A stretch of DNA of 33,400 bases from a virus (taxonomy: Duplodnaviria > Caudoviricetes). A program made the position numbers and the translations under genes. The notes beneath the pieces are model-generated. The model saw only the letters and a program-made list of their open reading frames with translations, was not told where the DNA came from and made no database searches. The stretch is from IMG/VR virus record IMGVR_UViG_3300044676_006230, positions 1-33,400 of that record; one strand, 5' to 3'. Shown piece by piece: positions 18,062 through 27,957 of this stretch; the first letter of the stretch is position 1; every line of letters starts with the position of its first letter.

Positions 18062-20856
18062 CTGCCTGTTCTCCGGCGCTTCCCACCAGGACGGAACACA
18101 CCAATAAGGCTTTGGATTGTTAGGCTTTCTGCTCGATCTTGGATAAAACCAAAGACCATATAACTAATCCGACTACCCTTAACACTATCCGAAGTAGCGA
18201 TTGTATCAGTCTCTTGGTCATCAATAAGATAATTTCCATCTCCTGGCGTACCTGTGCTTCCCCACTTAGCGTCACCAGAAAAAACTCGAGTAACCATATT
18301 CCCAGTAGCGTTTCGCAAACGAGACCGAATAGTTACTTTGTCTTCAATCTTTTGAATGTTGTCGTCGTAATCAACAATCTGAGAAGTATAGTCTTTGTTA
18401 TCCGAGCCAAGGATAACATTGTACAATCCCCATACCCAATTAGGAACAATTCGATTTGCCTGTAAGCCTCTGCCACGAGAATTTAAATAAGCGTAAATGC
18501 CTCGAGCTTTTATTTGAATAGGCCCGTTTGAAAGCTCTTCTGACTTATAAGCCCAGTCAACAGCTTGAACCTTAGCGTTGTTGTTGTGCGAATCTGATGC
18601 GCCAATAAAATGTTGAAGCCAAAGATAAATAGGCACACTGCTAATAGTAGCTGACGCACTAGAAACATTGGATCGTTTAGGAAACATTCCGAAACCATTA
18701 ACACTGTTTGTTGTCAGCTTTCTTAAGCCGATTTCAAACATTGCATTCTTACGGCGACGGGCAAGGTTTAAGTTTGGTTGATAGGTCCATGATGCAGCAG
18801 GGATACCCGCTGCGGCCCCATCAAAAACAATGTGAATGTGATTACCTGTAACGCTGGGCAACGCAGCAGCATCAGTTGTCTTTGCTACTACTGCACCTGA
18901 CGCACTGTGTGAAACAGTGCGCTCAGTGCAATAACGCAAAGCAATATCAGAAGAAGCGTTAGGGTCAGCGCTCCACTCTGTGTTGTCAAAAGCAAACAAC
19001 AACTCATAACTTTTTAAAAGCAAAGCATTGGGCGGAACAAGATAGACAGGAAACCAATAAACTTCTGTTCCTGTTGTGTGGTCTTTTTCAAGGTAGGGCT
19101 TTTCAAAATAAAAAGCGCCATTAGGAAAGTCGGAATTAGAACGAATAACAGGAAGGTAACGACCGGCTGATATTCGATAATCCTCTTGATCCGAAGAGCG
19201 ATCAAGCGCCCCACCGTAACCAAGCTTGCATATAACAAAAGACTTAGAGGTTCCTGCTAAAGCAGTAGGAATATCAACTCCTGCTGCTGGCATTGTAAAC
19301 TCTACAGCGCTAACAACCGTCGTTGTAGAATCAGCAACAGATGAAATATCAATGCCGCAAACAGCATAGATGTTATTGTTGTCAGCTACTACCCATGGCT
19401 CTGTTAGGTTTTGAGAAGAGCTTACAACGGGGTTTCCTAAAGCGTCTTTTGTTACAGAGGATTCCATAGGCCACCAGGACCAGATACCTGAAAAGACCCA
19501 GCACCCATTAATGTTTGGGCACCCCATAACAAGTGATTTGTTTTGGTGGTTGTAAGCTAGCGTAACTCGATCCGAATCAAACTCAATCATTGTGCGGGGC
19601 GGAGTTACCGTATCAATATTTACCCAACCCGCATTTGCCTCATAGTAGCTGGTCATGGGATTAGTCATAATCCCATTGCCATCCCAAAAAGAACGTATGT
19701 CTTGTGATAGCTCCTGGAGGGAGCGACCATCACTGGATTGATAAATGCCAGAGTGAGCAACCCATACTAAGTTGCTTTCGTTTTTTACTATTGCTTGCTG
19801 GCCAATGCACCCAACGCTTTCGCTTACCTTAATAGGGGGGCGGCCCTGGGAGATAATAGTTCCTTCGCTCGGAATGTATAAAAACATTTCCGACTCAGTA
19901 AAAATTATTAAGTTACCCATGTGCTCATACATGGCTGTAACTTGCTTGCGTGAAGGGACAGCAATAAAGTTTCGAGCAATAACGTTGTTCGGCCTGTTTA
20001 CATCAGAAAACCAAATCTCGTACTCGGTAGCGTAGGCAATCCTCCCACGGAAAGAGGTCATGGCTACGATCTTATTAATGTTGTTTTGATCGGCGTAAAT
20101 AAATCCGTCTGAAAAAATGCCGTTAGTAAAGTGAACCTTAGAAACTAAAGAGCTTTCAGCGACTCCGCTAATCCAGTCAAAGTGATTAGATGTTTGTAGC
20201 TGCTGGTAATTATAGCCCCCGAAATCAGCAGGCCGATAAACATAAATACCAGAAGCAGCCGAGCCAAAATAAACGTGTCCACGAACAACATGAAAGAACC
20301 AATCTGAATCAAAGTCAGATCCTTTAAAGTTTGAGTTGTTAACAGAAAAGGATGTTGAGTAGGTGCTGTACCACTCACTAGGATGACTAGCCGCAGCAGT
20401 ATCTGTAATCACTTTATTGCCGCCAATCATCTCAGCGGTGTATCGATAAAGTATTTCTTCCCAGTGCTTATCCGTTGTTAAATCAAAAATACGGACAGCG
20501 TAGTATTGATCATACTGCTCGTTACTAGGATCGACTGCTAAGTTGCCCGCAAAAAAAGTCCCCGTAAAAACAGAAACAATTTGTTTATGACCAAAGTTTG
20601 TTTCGACAAGGCAGCTACCTAAAAGCTTTCGGTAGCCACCACCAATAACATCAATATGATTAGAGCCTGCTGCTTGGTTTCCAGCGCCAAGATCGTTTGC
20701 CAGCGTGCTGTCAAGCTCAGCCGCAACACCCCATCCTGGTCTGACAGAAATTGTGCCTTCGTTTTCCCATAGGTTCTGAGCCCAAGCTCCACGAACTTTG
20801 CCTTCTTGTTCGAGGCCAGACTTTAAAAGCTCTCGCTCATTACCTAATGTAGCCAT
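18058..20856 (-). CDS. Tail nozzle / DNA stabilisation protein (P22 gp10- or T7 gp12-like beta-propeller, 932 aa)
   Basis: N-terminal AQNLW...ISVRPG, FRGRIAY...IWFSD, VTAM...NLIIFTE and VGCIGQQAI. Directly follows the adaptor gene. Confidence 0.75.
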   Translation of the reverse strand: MATLGNERELLKSGLEQEGKVRGAWAQNLWENEGTISVRPGWGVAAELDSTLANDLGAGNQAAGSNHIDVIGGGYRKLLGSCLVETNFGHKQIVSVFTGTFFAGNLAVDPSNEQYDQYYAVRIFDLTTDKHWEEILYRYTAEMIGGNKVITDTAAASHPSEWYSTYSTSFSVNNSNFKGSDFDSDWFFHVVRGHVYFGSAASGIYVYRPADFGGYNYQQLQTSNHFDWISGVAESSLVSKVHFTNGIFSDGFIYADQNNINKIVAMTSFRGRIAYATEYEIWFSDVNRPNNVIARNFIAVPSRKQVTAMYEHMGNLIIFTESEMFLYIPSEGTIISQGRPPIKVSESVGCIGQQAIVKNESNLVWVAHSGIYQSSDGRSLQELSQDIRSFWDGNGIMTNPMTSYYEANAGWVNIDTVTPPRTMIEFDSDRVTLAYNHQNKSLVMGCPNINGCWVFSGIWSWWPMESSVTKDALGNPVVSSSQNLTEPWVVADNNNIYAVCGIDISSVADSTTTVVSAVEFTMPAAGVDIPTALAGTSKSFVICKLGYGGALDRSSDQEDYRISAGRYLPVIRSNSDFPNGAFYFEKPYLEKDHTTGTEVYWFPVYLVPPNALLLKSYELLFAFDNTEWSADPNASSDIALRYCTERTVSHSASGAVVAKTTDAAALPSVTGNHIHIVFDGAAAGIPAASWTYQPNLNLARRRKNAMFEIGLRKLTTNSVNGFGMFPKRSNVSSASATISSVPIYLWLQHFIGASDSHNNNAKVQAVDWAYKSEELSNGPIQIKARGIYAYLNSRGRGLQANRIVPNWVWGLYNVILGSDNKDYTSQIVDYDDNIQKIEDKVTIRSRLRNATGNMVTRVFSGDAKWGSTGTPGDGNYLIDDQETDTIATSDSVKGSRISYMVFGFIQDRAESLTIQSLIGVFRPGGKRRRTGR

Positions 20857-20858
20857 AA

Positions 20859-21533
20859 TTAAGACCAGTTATCTTGGGAAAGAACGTATTGAGATCCTTC
20901 TCTGCTTCGACCTGTTTCCAGAAAAACCGCAAGGTCAGATGTCTTTCGACCAACCTCTTGCAGGATCTGAGTGTTATCAGCGCCATCTCGAATAGCGTAA
21001 CGAGAGTAAGCATACAGAGGGATCATGTCATGGAAGTTATCAAGGTTATCAATAAAACCAGTATCCGCAGCAAAATCTACATTGTGATAAGGAACATACT
21101 CTAAACGATAGGTAGATGTTCCTGTTGCGTAGGTAATGATTTTATTTTGGACAAAAGCATAGCTCTGGAAGTTAATTCCTAAATGGCTTTCAGAAGGCGC
21201 TGCCTCGAGGTAATTAATAACCTCGTTGTTTGTCGTGTCGTTAATGCGAGCAAGTCGCAAAAGACGCTCAAGCTTAAAGCCTGCGTCAGCACCACCGTTA
21301 GTTGCGCTCCCAAGAAGCTTTGGGTTGGTTGCTGTTAAATCTAAAATGCCACTAGAGGGCATAGTAAATAAAAACTCCGTCGCATAAATAAAAGGATCAA
21401 TAGCGCAGACAGCGCGACGAAAATCATTATAACCTTCTTTAAGGTATAAAGTAATTTGATCATCAGTAAGAAAAGTTCTGTCTGATTCATCAGCGTAGGA
21501 CTTAAACATTTCTCTTACGTCTGTAGTGTTCAT
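20859..21533 (-). CDS. Head-tail adaptor (gatekeeper) protein (224 aa)
   Basis: Helical N-terminus (FLTDDQITLYLKEGY), beta middle and FHDMIPLYAY helix. Lies between portal and nozzle. Confidence 0.7.
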   Translation of the reverse strand: MNTTDVREMFKSYADESDRTFLTDDQITLYLKEGYNDFRRAVCAIDPFIYATEFLFTMPSSGILDLTATNPKLLGSATNGGADAGFKLERLLRLARINDTTNNEVINYLEAAPSESHLGINFQSYAFVQNKIITYATGTSTYRLEYVPYHNVDFAADTGFIDNLDNFHDMIPLYAYSRYAIRDGADNTQILQEVGRKTSDLAVFLETGRSREGSQYVLSQDNWS

Positions 21534-23497
21534 CCGCCACCTCCCATTTGAGTACGGCCAATGCCTTGCTCTGGGTTGCTTTCATCTTCGATCTGACGAC
21601 GCTGAGCCATTTCAGTAGCTGCACCAGCAACCTGAGCAGCAGCCATTGGGCTCGACATGCTTACCATATTCTGAACTGCTTCCCCGTCACCATCCATGGT
21701 AACACGAGGGAAGACTGTTCTTTCCATTTCGGCTCTTTGGAAATCTTCATCCTTTTTACCAAAGGTCGTTACGGAAATAAGAACGTCTCGAATGTAATCT
21801 TGTCGCTCAGGATCAAGATCATAGTATTCTTCAGTTCTCATAAAGTCAGCGAAGACAAGCTTAAATGCTTCTAGGTCATCGCTTGGCATAATCTCAATGC
21901 CGTTACCCATCATAATAGCCTGAAGCATTTCATGAGCGTGGCTAAAGCCAATCATGCGCTTCGTAACTCTAGAGTTACCCGTGCGGTAATCAAGAGACTC
22001 AAGGGCTTGCTGAGGAGTAAGCAGTCCAAGCTTAACCATATCTAAGGTTTTTTGATCTCTGTCCGGCTTCTCATCACGGAACAGAGTTCCGGCTTCCATG
22101 TAGATGTCAGGGTCTTCGCAAAGATCTATTCCGCCAAGAGTTCGGTGAATAACTCTTCCTGTTTCATCCATCATCTTCATCATGCGAGGTTCGGTGTAAT
22201 ATTTTTTACACATCTCAATAACGCAAGAAGCAACCTCAACACAGGATTGCTCTAGGTTTGATTGAGTTACTTGCAGTTGCTGAGAATCTTTATTGGCAAG
22301 TGACTGAATAGCTGCGCCGGATTCGATACCAATAGCTCGCTTGCCGAGACTTGTACTATGCACACCGGCAACATCAAGCATTTCAGCCGATAGCTGTCGA
22401 ATGTTATCAAGGATGTAAGCAGGCAAAGGAGCAGCAGGAACCTGAGCAGGGGGCGGTCCTGAGTTAGCATTGTACACAACCTTTTCGCCTGGCCTTGAAT
22501 CTGACAACGCATCCTTTCCAACTCCTGAAGCTTTAGGGACTAACCATTTTGGGTTTCCCATAAGGTCTGCGTTTTGAATAATTTGAGTGCGGCCTTTATT
22601 GTACATGATCTGCAACTCAATAAGAGGCTCAACCATGCCAATACCCCATAAGCGACCGGGGATGTTTGTGTATCGAAGATAGCTAATTGGGCATTTGTGA
22701 GTAGGCCAGTCTGCTTTATAAAGCCACTTCGAGCCTAAAAGCATGCCCATCTTTTTGTCGCTCATGTAGACTTCATAGATCTCAAGTCTGTTTTTTAACT
22801 GAGCGCCTTCAGTGCCTGCGGCTCTTTGATGCAGCGTCTGATAGGTGTTGTCAGGAGTATCACCGCTTTTTTCGATGGTCTCTTTGTGTTCGGGGTAAGC
22901 CTTGATGAGTTCTTTTTTAGTTACAATGTGCCGAAGAGCTACCCACTCTGATTCTTCAATTGAAGTAGCACCAGCCTCAAAGAAAACGTCATAGGGGCTG
23001 ACAGCCTCTGTAGTGACCATCTGCTTCTTGGGGTCGTAGTAGGTATGAAAAGCTGCGTTACCGCAAAGGAGAAGCCACTCAATGGCTTTACCGATAACAT
23101 CTTTCATGTCCGCAGTGTGCCAGTAGTAGCGGAGTAATGTTTCGGCGGCTTCAGACTTCTGAATGTCTTCGGTCGAAGGACTCGAAGGAAGAACAGTAAT
23201 GCTTGGGTAGGCGACAGAAAGTCGAGATTGAATGTTCCTAAAGATATTTAGAATCATATTAATCGTTACTCGGTTGCGAGAACGATCCTGGGGAATGCCG
23301 ATATAATTTTTTAGGTTTCTATCCCAGCGGATGTGCTGCTTTCCTTGCAGGAACAAACTGCACATATCCCAAATGCGCGTAATCTTTTGACGATGCCTTT
23401 TGCTATCATCAATGTCTTTATGGAGCTTAGAAGCTTTAGGTAACTCTGTTTCTTTGTCGCTATCTAAAACTACTAGGTCCACTTTTTGTTCGTACAT
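21530..23497 (-). CDS. Portal protein, P22-like (655 aa)
   Basis: FLQGKQH, TINMI, VSPYDVFF and PGRLWGIGMVEPLIELQIMYNK...NPKWLVP motifs, and size. Exact start uncertain. Confidence 0.9.
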   Translation of the reverse strand: MYEQKVDLVVLDSDKETELPKASKLHKDIDDSKRHRQKITRIWDMCSLFLQGKQHIRWDRNLKNYIGIPQDRSRNRVTINMILNIFRNIQSRLSVAYPSITVLPSSPSTEDIQKSEAAETLLRYYWHTADMKDVIGKAIEWLLLCGNAAFHTYYDPKKQMVTTEAVSPYDVFFEAGATSIEESEWVALRHIVTKKELIKAYPEHKETIEKSGDTPDNTYQTLHQRAAGTEGAQLKNRLEIYEVYMSDKKMGMLLGSKWLYKADWPTHKCPISYLRYTNIPGRLWGIGMVEPLIELQIMYNKGRTQIIQNADLMGNPKWLVPKASGVGKDALSDSRPGEKVVYNANSGPPPAQVPAAPLPAYILDNIRQLSAEMLDVAGVHSTSLGKRAIGIESGAAIQSLANKDSQQLQVTQSNLEQSCVEVASCVIEMCKKYYTEPRMMKMMDETGRVIHRTLGGIDLCEDPDIYMEAGTLFRDEKPDRDQKTLDMVKLGLLTPQQALESLDYRTGNSRVTKRMIGFSHAHEMLQAIMMGNGIEIMPSDDLEAFKLVFADFMRTEEYYDLDPERQDYIRDVLISVTTFGKKDEDFQRAEMERTVFPRVTMDGDGEAVQNMVSMSSPMAAAQVAGAATEMAQRRQIEDESNPEQGIGRTQMGGGG

Positions 23498-23765
23498 TTG
23501 CTGCGTCCTGTCTAAATTTAGACTTGTCTTGTTGATTTTCGTTAGCCTTTAAAAACCCTTTAGCAAAACCATAAAGACCGCCGGCAACTTTAGCGCCGGT
23601 TGCAATTTTTGGGTCAAGATTAAGCGGACCAACTAAAGCTGTTGCTTGAGACGCACCTTCTGCTGCACCTGATATAGCTGGCATTAAAGACTTTACGCCT
23701 TTTTGCGCCGCACTAGATCTTACATTAGCAGGCTGACGCCGTGGATTAAAACCATCACCAAACAT
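23460..23765 (-). CDS. Hypothetical 101-aa protein between capsid and portal
   Basis: ORF fills the gap. Gly/Ala-rich amphipathic segment GAKVAGGLYGFAKGFL. Confidence 0.65.
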   Translation of the reverse strand: MFGDGFNPRRQPANVRSSAAQKGVKSLMPAISGAAEGASQATALVGPLNLDPKIATGAKVAGGLYGFAKGFLKANENQQDKSKFRQDAANVRTKSGPSSFR

Positions 23766-23781
23766 TTAAACCCCCAAAGGG

Positions 23782-23813
23782 GGTGCCCACCCCCCTAAAG
23801 GGGGTGGGGCACC
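23782..23813 (-). repeat. Poly-C/poly-G hairpin, family A copy 2 (minus strand GGTGCCCCACCCCC-TTTAG-GGGGGTGGGCACC)
   Basis: Inverted repeat 9 nt after the capsid stop, overlapping a second mini-hairpin CCCCC-TTT-GGGGG (23771..23783). Confidence 0.8.
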
Positions 23814-23822
23814 AGGTGGCTG

Positions 23823-25259
23823 TTAAGCCGGGAATGCAATCCCGCAGAGGATAGCATTTCGATTCGGCTCTTTGCAGACTAAGTTGTAGTACCAACGCAC
23901 GAAGCCTTCATAGGCATCCTGGTTGCTAAGACGACTCAGAACATTGCCATCGAGATCGGCCATGCCGAAGCTCTGAAGCTCTGCAATAGTCCAGGTCTTG
24001 GTCTTCAAGAAGATCATGAGACCCTTGCCGCAGTGGCGACTCATCTTCAGCGGAATACCATTAAAGGCATAGCCACTGAATCCGGGATCACCCGTGCCAA
24101 CGTCTCCAATTGCGCCCTTCTTAATTGAACCGGGAGCATTAAAGACAAGCAAGTCAGCATACTTCTGACGAATTCCAGGGTGCACATAAATGCAATCCGG
24201 GTCATCGCCACCAAGCACCATAAGTTCGTCCAGGATGCTTTGCATCCGACCAAAGTTAAGAGCCTGGTTAGCATGAGCAACACCGTTACCAGCTACCGAA
24301 ATAGCTTGAACAGTCGAGCGCAACGAAGCGTTAGCAACAAGGTTGCGGTCCACGGTAAAGTGAGTCTGCAAACCAAGGTTGCCATAAACACCGTCGTTTT
24401 CGTTGTCTACGCGTTGCTTAACCAAACCATCCGTAAGACCAGCAGTAATGGTATCATACGGAAGGAATGTACCAGCACCATTGTCTTCTTCGCCCCAGCC
24501 TACAACACGGATCATTGAGGCGTAAGTGCCAGCAATGTTAGAGGTGTCGTAAGTACAAGCGCCAAACGATTCAATTGAAACAACATTGGCTGCACCAACA
24601 GTAGCATCAATCGTTACTGCGTTACCCGGAACAACCGGATTAGCTGGGATAGCTGGCAGAATGACGCTTGCGTAAGTATCCAGACGAATAATATCAATCT
24701 GCAACTTAGCACTGTGCGTAGCGGCTCGCGCCGCAGGAACCGTTTGCATTGCCTGTAGCTCAGTCAACACATCTTTATTTCCCGTAAAGGAATAAGGCAC
24801 AGGAGCACCAACGGCAACTGCACCAGCAGTTCGCTCATGGATAAAGCCGACGCAACCACCACCGGTGAACATGGCTTGGTTAGCCTTGAGCTTGGTGTCG
24901 GTAACGAGGCCGTCCATTTCCGATTGGACGTAAGTCGCAAACGAATTGGCAGTCGTCTTGGCCGTTGCAATGGACGGTCCAGTTAAAGAAAAACGGCCAT
25001 AAAGATACTTGGCCTTCACGTTCAGGTTAACGTAGCCCTGCTTGCCAGCTTCTGGGAGTGCACCCAACTCAGCACGGAAACCAGTGCCCTCGTTACGAGA
25101 GACGTGGACGGGAATAACAACCTGACGACCTTGCCAGTCGAGGGTTGCCTTCGTAAACAATTGAACCATTTCAAGCTGGTTATTGAGAGACTCAATAATC
25201 GGCCCGAGATAGAACTCTTTTAGGATCGCATCGAGATCCGAAATAGTAACAGCAGCCAT
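23823..25259 (-). CDS. Major capsid protein, HK97 fold (478 aa)
   Basis: LDAILKEFY, GRQVVIPV, E-loop GTGFRAELGALP, KYLYGRFSLTG and C-terminal YYNLVCKEPNRNA. AGGAG SD. Follows the scaffold gene. Confidence 0.9.
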   Translation of the reverse strand: MAAVTISDLDAILKEFYLGPIIESLNNQLEMVQLFTKATLDWQGRQVVIPVHVSRNEGTGFRAELGALPEAGKQGYVNLNVKAKYLYGRFSLTGPSIATAKTTANSFATYVQSEMDGLVTDTKLKANQAMFTGGGCVGFIHERTAGAVAVGAPVPYSFTGNKDVLTELQAMQTVPAARAATHSAKLQIDIIRLDTYASVILPAIPANPVVPGNAVTIDATVGAANVVSIESFGACTYDTSNIAGTYASMIRVVGWGEEDNGAGTFLPYDTITAGLTDGLVKQRVDNENDGVYGNLGLQTHFTVDRNLVANASLRSTVQAISVAGNGVAHANQALNFGRMQSILDELMVLGGDDPDCIYVHPGIRQKYADLLVFNAPGSIKKGAIGDVGTGDPGFSGYAFNGIPLKMSRHCGKGLMIFLKTKTWTIAELQSFGMADLDGNVLSRLSNQDAYEGFVRWYYNLVCKEPNRNAILCGIAFPA

Positions 25260-25263
25260 TTGG

Positions 25264-26010
25264 CTAGCTCCTTAAATATGCAATCATCGCTTCCCTAGCT
25301 TCATCGGTATTTTGTGGTTTCCACTCATCGCTGTCGCTGGGATTTGATTTAGCAGTTTGTTTTCGTGACGGGCGTGGAGGCGCACCATGCACCTCTTCGC
25401 CCTGGCTTTTGAGGTAGCGAGCAATCGCTGCCTCTTCAATCTCAGCAACCATAGATGAATAGTGCTTAGCAATATCCTCTGCTCTTTGGTTGCCATCCTG
25501 AGCAATAGACTCCCAAATGTGTTCCTCGGGAACACCAGGGTACTGCTCTCGAGCGGCTGCAATTTCTTTTTCAAGTTCCATTGTAGCAAACTTAACTTGC
25601 ATGGTTTCTTGTTGCTTGCGCAGCATAGAAATCTCATCAAGCTCCTCGTAGGATTCTTCTTCCCAAAAGGTTTCGCCTGCTTCCTGCTGTGGGGCTTGAG
25701 CTTTCCCTTTAAGCTGCTCTTGCAACTGAGCGATCATTCGCTCGTGTTGCTCGGCCTGCTCGCGATATTCTCGCCGCTGGTCGTTGATTTGCTTGAAGCG
25801 GTTGTAGGGAACACGATGTCCCTCCTCGAACTCTTCGTCATCGTCTGATAACTCTAAAGACTCGTCCTCTTCTTCGGGGCTGTCTGAGGGATCTGACTCC
25901 TCAATAGCAGATTCTGATTCGATTTCCTCGTCAGGTTCCTCATCAGTTTCGACAGGCTCGTTGCCTTGTAAGGCAGAAACAATGGCTAATCGCCGCTCTT
26001 CTTCATCCAT
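25264..26010 (-). CDS. Capsid scaffolding protein (248 aa)
   Basis: Acidic N-terminus, VPYNRFKQIND motif followed by coiled coil, C-terminal helix, immediately upstream of the capsid gene. Confidence 0.8.
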   Translation of the reverse strand: MDEEERRLAIVSALQGNEPVETDEEPDEEIESESAIEESDPSDSPEEEDESLELSDDDEEFEEGHRVPYNRFKQINDQRREYREQAEQHERMIAQLQEQLKGKAQAPQQEAGETFWEEESYEELDEISMLRKQQETMQVKFATMELEKEIAAAREQYPGVPEEHIWESIAQDGNQRAEDIAKHYSSMVAEIEEAAIARYLKSQGEEVHGAPPRPSRKQTAKSNPSDSDEWKPQNTDEAREAMIAYLRS

Positions 26011-26054
26011 CTCTTTATTCCTTATACGAAGCGTAACGTGCTAAGACCCGATAG

Positions 26055-27641
26055 TTATAAGAGATCACCAATTGCTCCTAAGATTTGTTCGCCGCTATCT
26101 CTAGCAAACTCATTCGGCTTAGAAGAACTCCATAAACGTCCAGTATGCATTTCCCATTGAAGCACCTCGGCAATACCTTGGGGCTTGTAAGATTTCTGCA
26201 CCTCTTCTTCGATGTCACTTACTTGGTCAAGGCCCATTAATGCAAGACCTGTTGCCATAACCATGTCGTCATGCTGCCCAGAAGCCGCTTCAATCTTCCC
26301 TCGGCCGTTATATTGCAGCCGATTGGCCTCCATCATAAAGCGATTGCACTTAACATCGCACCACTTGCGGGTAACGTGCTCGTAGAGACGGCTAAAGATT
26401 AAAGGCCGGGTACGAGATGTCGTAATAAATCCTAATTTGTTTTGCCAGCGGTTCGTAACCTTATCAAAAGCAGAGGTTCGGTACACATGAGGGTACCCTT
26501 GAGCCTGGATAAACTCCTGAATGCTCAACCCGTAGCTGTTTGTTTCAATAACAAGCAAGGGATTGTACTTTTGCGCCGTCTTTAACACGCGCTTAGAGTA
26601 CATGCTTGGTGGAATGCGCTCATAAAAACTAGCAGCCATCCGAATGTTCTTACGATCTGTCACATCAAGCACCATAAACGCACTGTAGTCGCCGCCTGGC
26701 GAACCTGACGCAGTATCTACGCCCATTGTGTACACAGCAAACTTTTCAGGCTGCATATACTCTACATAGCCCTCTTTGCTGTGATTAACCTGGTATTGAT
26801 CCGGGAAAAACGGGGAGCCGCTCGCAATAAAAGCGTCTGTTGGGTTGGCTGGGTACTCTTGGTTAAAGATATTCCAGTTGTTTGCGCAGGCTGTACGTAG
26901 TGTGCTTACCATCCAGTTAAACTGGCGCTTATTTAGTTTGTTTTCGTAGCTATATTCTAACTCTTCTTCCGTTGGGTCAGCAAACTTTGGCTCTGGAAGC
27001 TCATAAGCTGTGTCCATCTTCCAGCTTAAGAAGATTTTAGTGTAACCAACCTCTCGACTCCACATGTCGTAGGCTTCATTCATGCCATTAGCCGTGGATT
27101 CTAAGACAACCTTTGCATCCTTTGTTCGAGCACCGAACAAAGATGCGATGGTCTTTTCCATGTTGCCCCAGAACGCATACTCGGACGCATGAATTAGGTT
27201 GTATGTGCCACCACGAAAGCTTTGACTTGATGCGGAGCCCACCCGAATGCTGCTGCCCGTAGCAAACTTAATCTCATTTTCCCGAGCGCGAGTAGTTTCT
27301 AGCCTTAAGAAATCAGGCAACTGATCGTAGAACATCCGGTAGATCTCAAAGATCTTCTTCACCGCTTCATCAGTATGCGCCACCACGGCGGTACGAGTGT
27401 ACTTGTTAAACAGCGTATACCAAAAGAAGTACGCAGCGATCGCCGTCGTGCTGCCAAGCTGGCGAGCCTTGAGCAGCATCAAGTGGCTGCTGTCATCAAA
27501 CCCGGCAATAATTTCTTTTTGTGCAGCGTTAAGCTTAAGGTTCTGAACCTTAGAGTCTTTGGTAATAATCTTCAGGTGGTTTTCACTGAAGTACTCAAAG
27601 CTTTGCGCGCAGCGCAAAATTTCGTTTTTAATGTCCGTCAT
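26055..27641 (-). CDS. terL: Terminase large subunit (528 aa)
   Basis: Walker A LKARQLGSTT, Walker B IHASE, coupling motif ESTANG, and RNase H-like residues GVDTASG, IETN and HDDMVMA. Confidence 0.95.
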   Translation of the reverse strand: MTDIKNEILRCAQSFEYFSENHLKIITKDSKVQNLKLNAAQKEIIAGFDDSSHLMLLKARQLGSTTAIAAYFFWYTLFNKYTRTAVVAHTDEAVKKIFEIYRMFYDQLPDFLRLETTRARENEIKFATGSSIRVGSASSQSFRGGTYNLIHASEYAFWGNMEKTIASLFGARTKDAKVVLESTANGMNEAYDMWSREVGYTKIFLSWKMDTAYELPEPKFADPTEEELEYSYENKLNKRQFNWMVSTLRTACANNWNIFNQEYPANPTDAFIASGSPFFPDQYQVNHSKEGYVEYMQPEKFAVYTMGVDTASGSPGGDYSAFMVLDVTDRKNIRMAASFYERIPPSMYSKRVLKTAQKYNPLLVIETNSYGLSIQEFIQAQGYPHVYRTSAFDKVTNRWQNKLGFITTSRTRPLIFSRLYEHVTRKWCDVKCNRFMMEANRLQYNGRGKIEAASGQHDDMVMATGLALMGLDQVSDIEEEVQKSYKPQGIAEVLQWEMHTGRLWSSSKPNEFARDSGEQILGAIGDLL

Positions 27642-27957
27642 TCAATAGCTCTAAAATAATTTTTAGATTTCCCTCGATGTCTTCGAGTTCTCTTTCCATG
27701 ACCTCAAGCTTTGACCCAATGCCCTTGATTACCTCTAGCCGCTCATCATTGTAGGTGGCGATTACCTGGTCGTAGCGATCTCTGAGCGCAGTCTCTCGGT
27801 CATTGTGACCGAGCGCCTGCTCTCGTAGCTGGGCTTGGAAATTGTCTGTCATCTTATCCATGCGCTGGCTCATCTTGATGTACATCCAGAAGATAGCGCC
27901 ACTGGCTAAACCAAGCGCACCAAACTCACCGAGCATTTGTAAGACGTTATTTTCCAT
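27628..27957 (-). CDS. Single-TM coiled-coil protein, BhlA-holin-like (109 aa)
   Basis: N-terminal TM segment (FGALGLASGAIFWMYI) followed by RE...Y and a heptad-rich tail. Overlaps both terminase genes. Confidence 0.55.
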   Translation of the reverse strand: MENNVLQMLGEFGALGLASGAIFWMYIKMSQRMDKMTDNFQAQLREQALGHNDRETALRDRYDQVIATYNDERLEVIKGIGSKLEVMERELEDIEGNLKIILELLNDGH

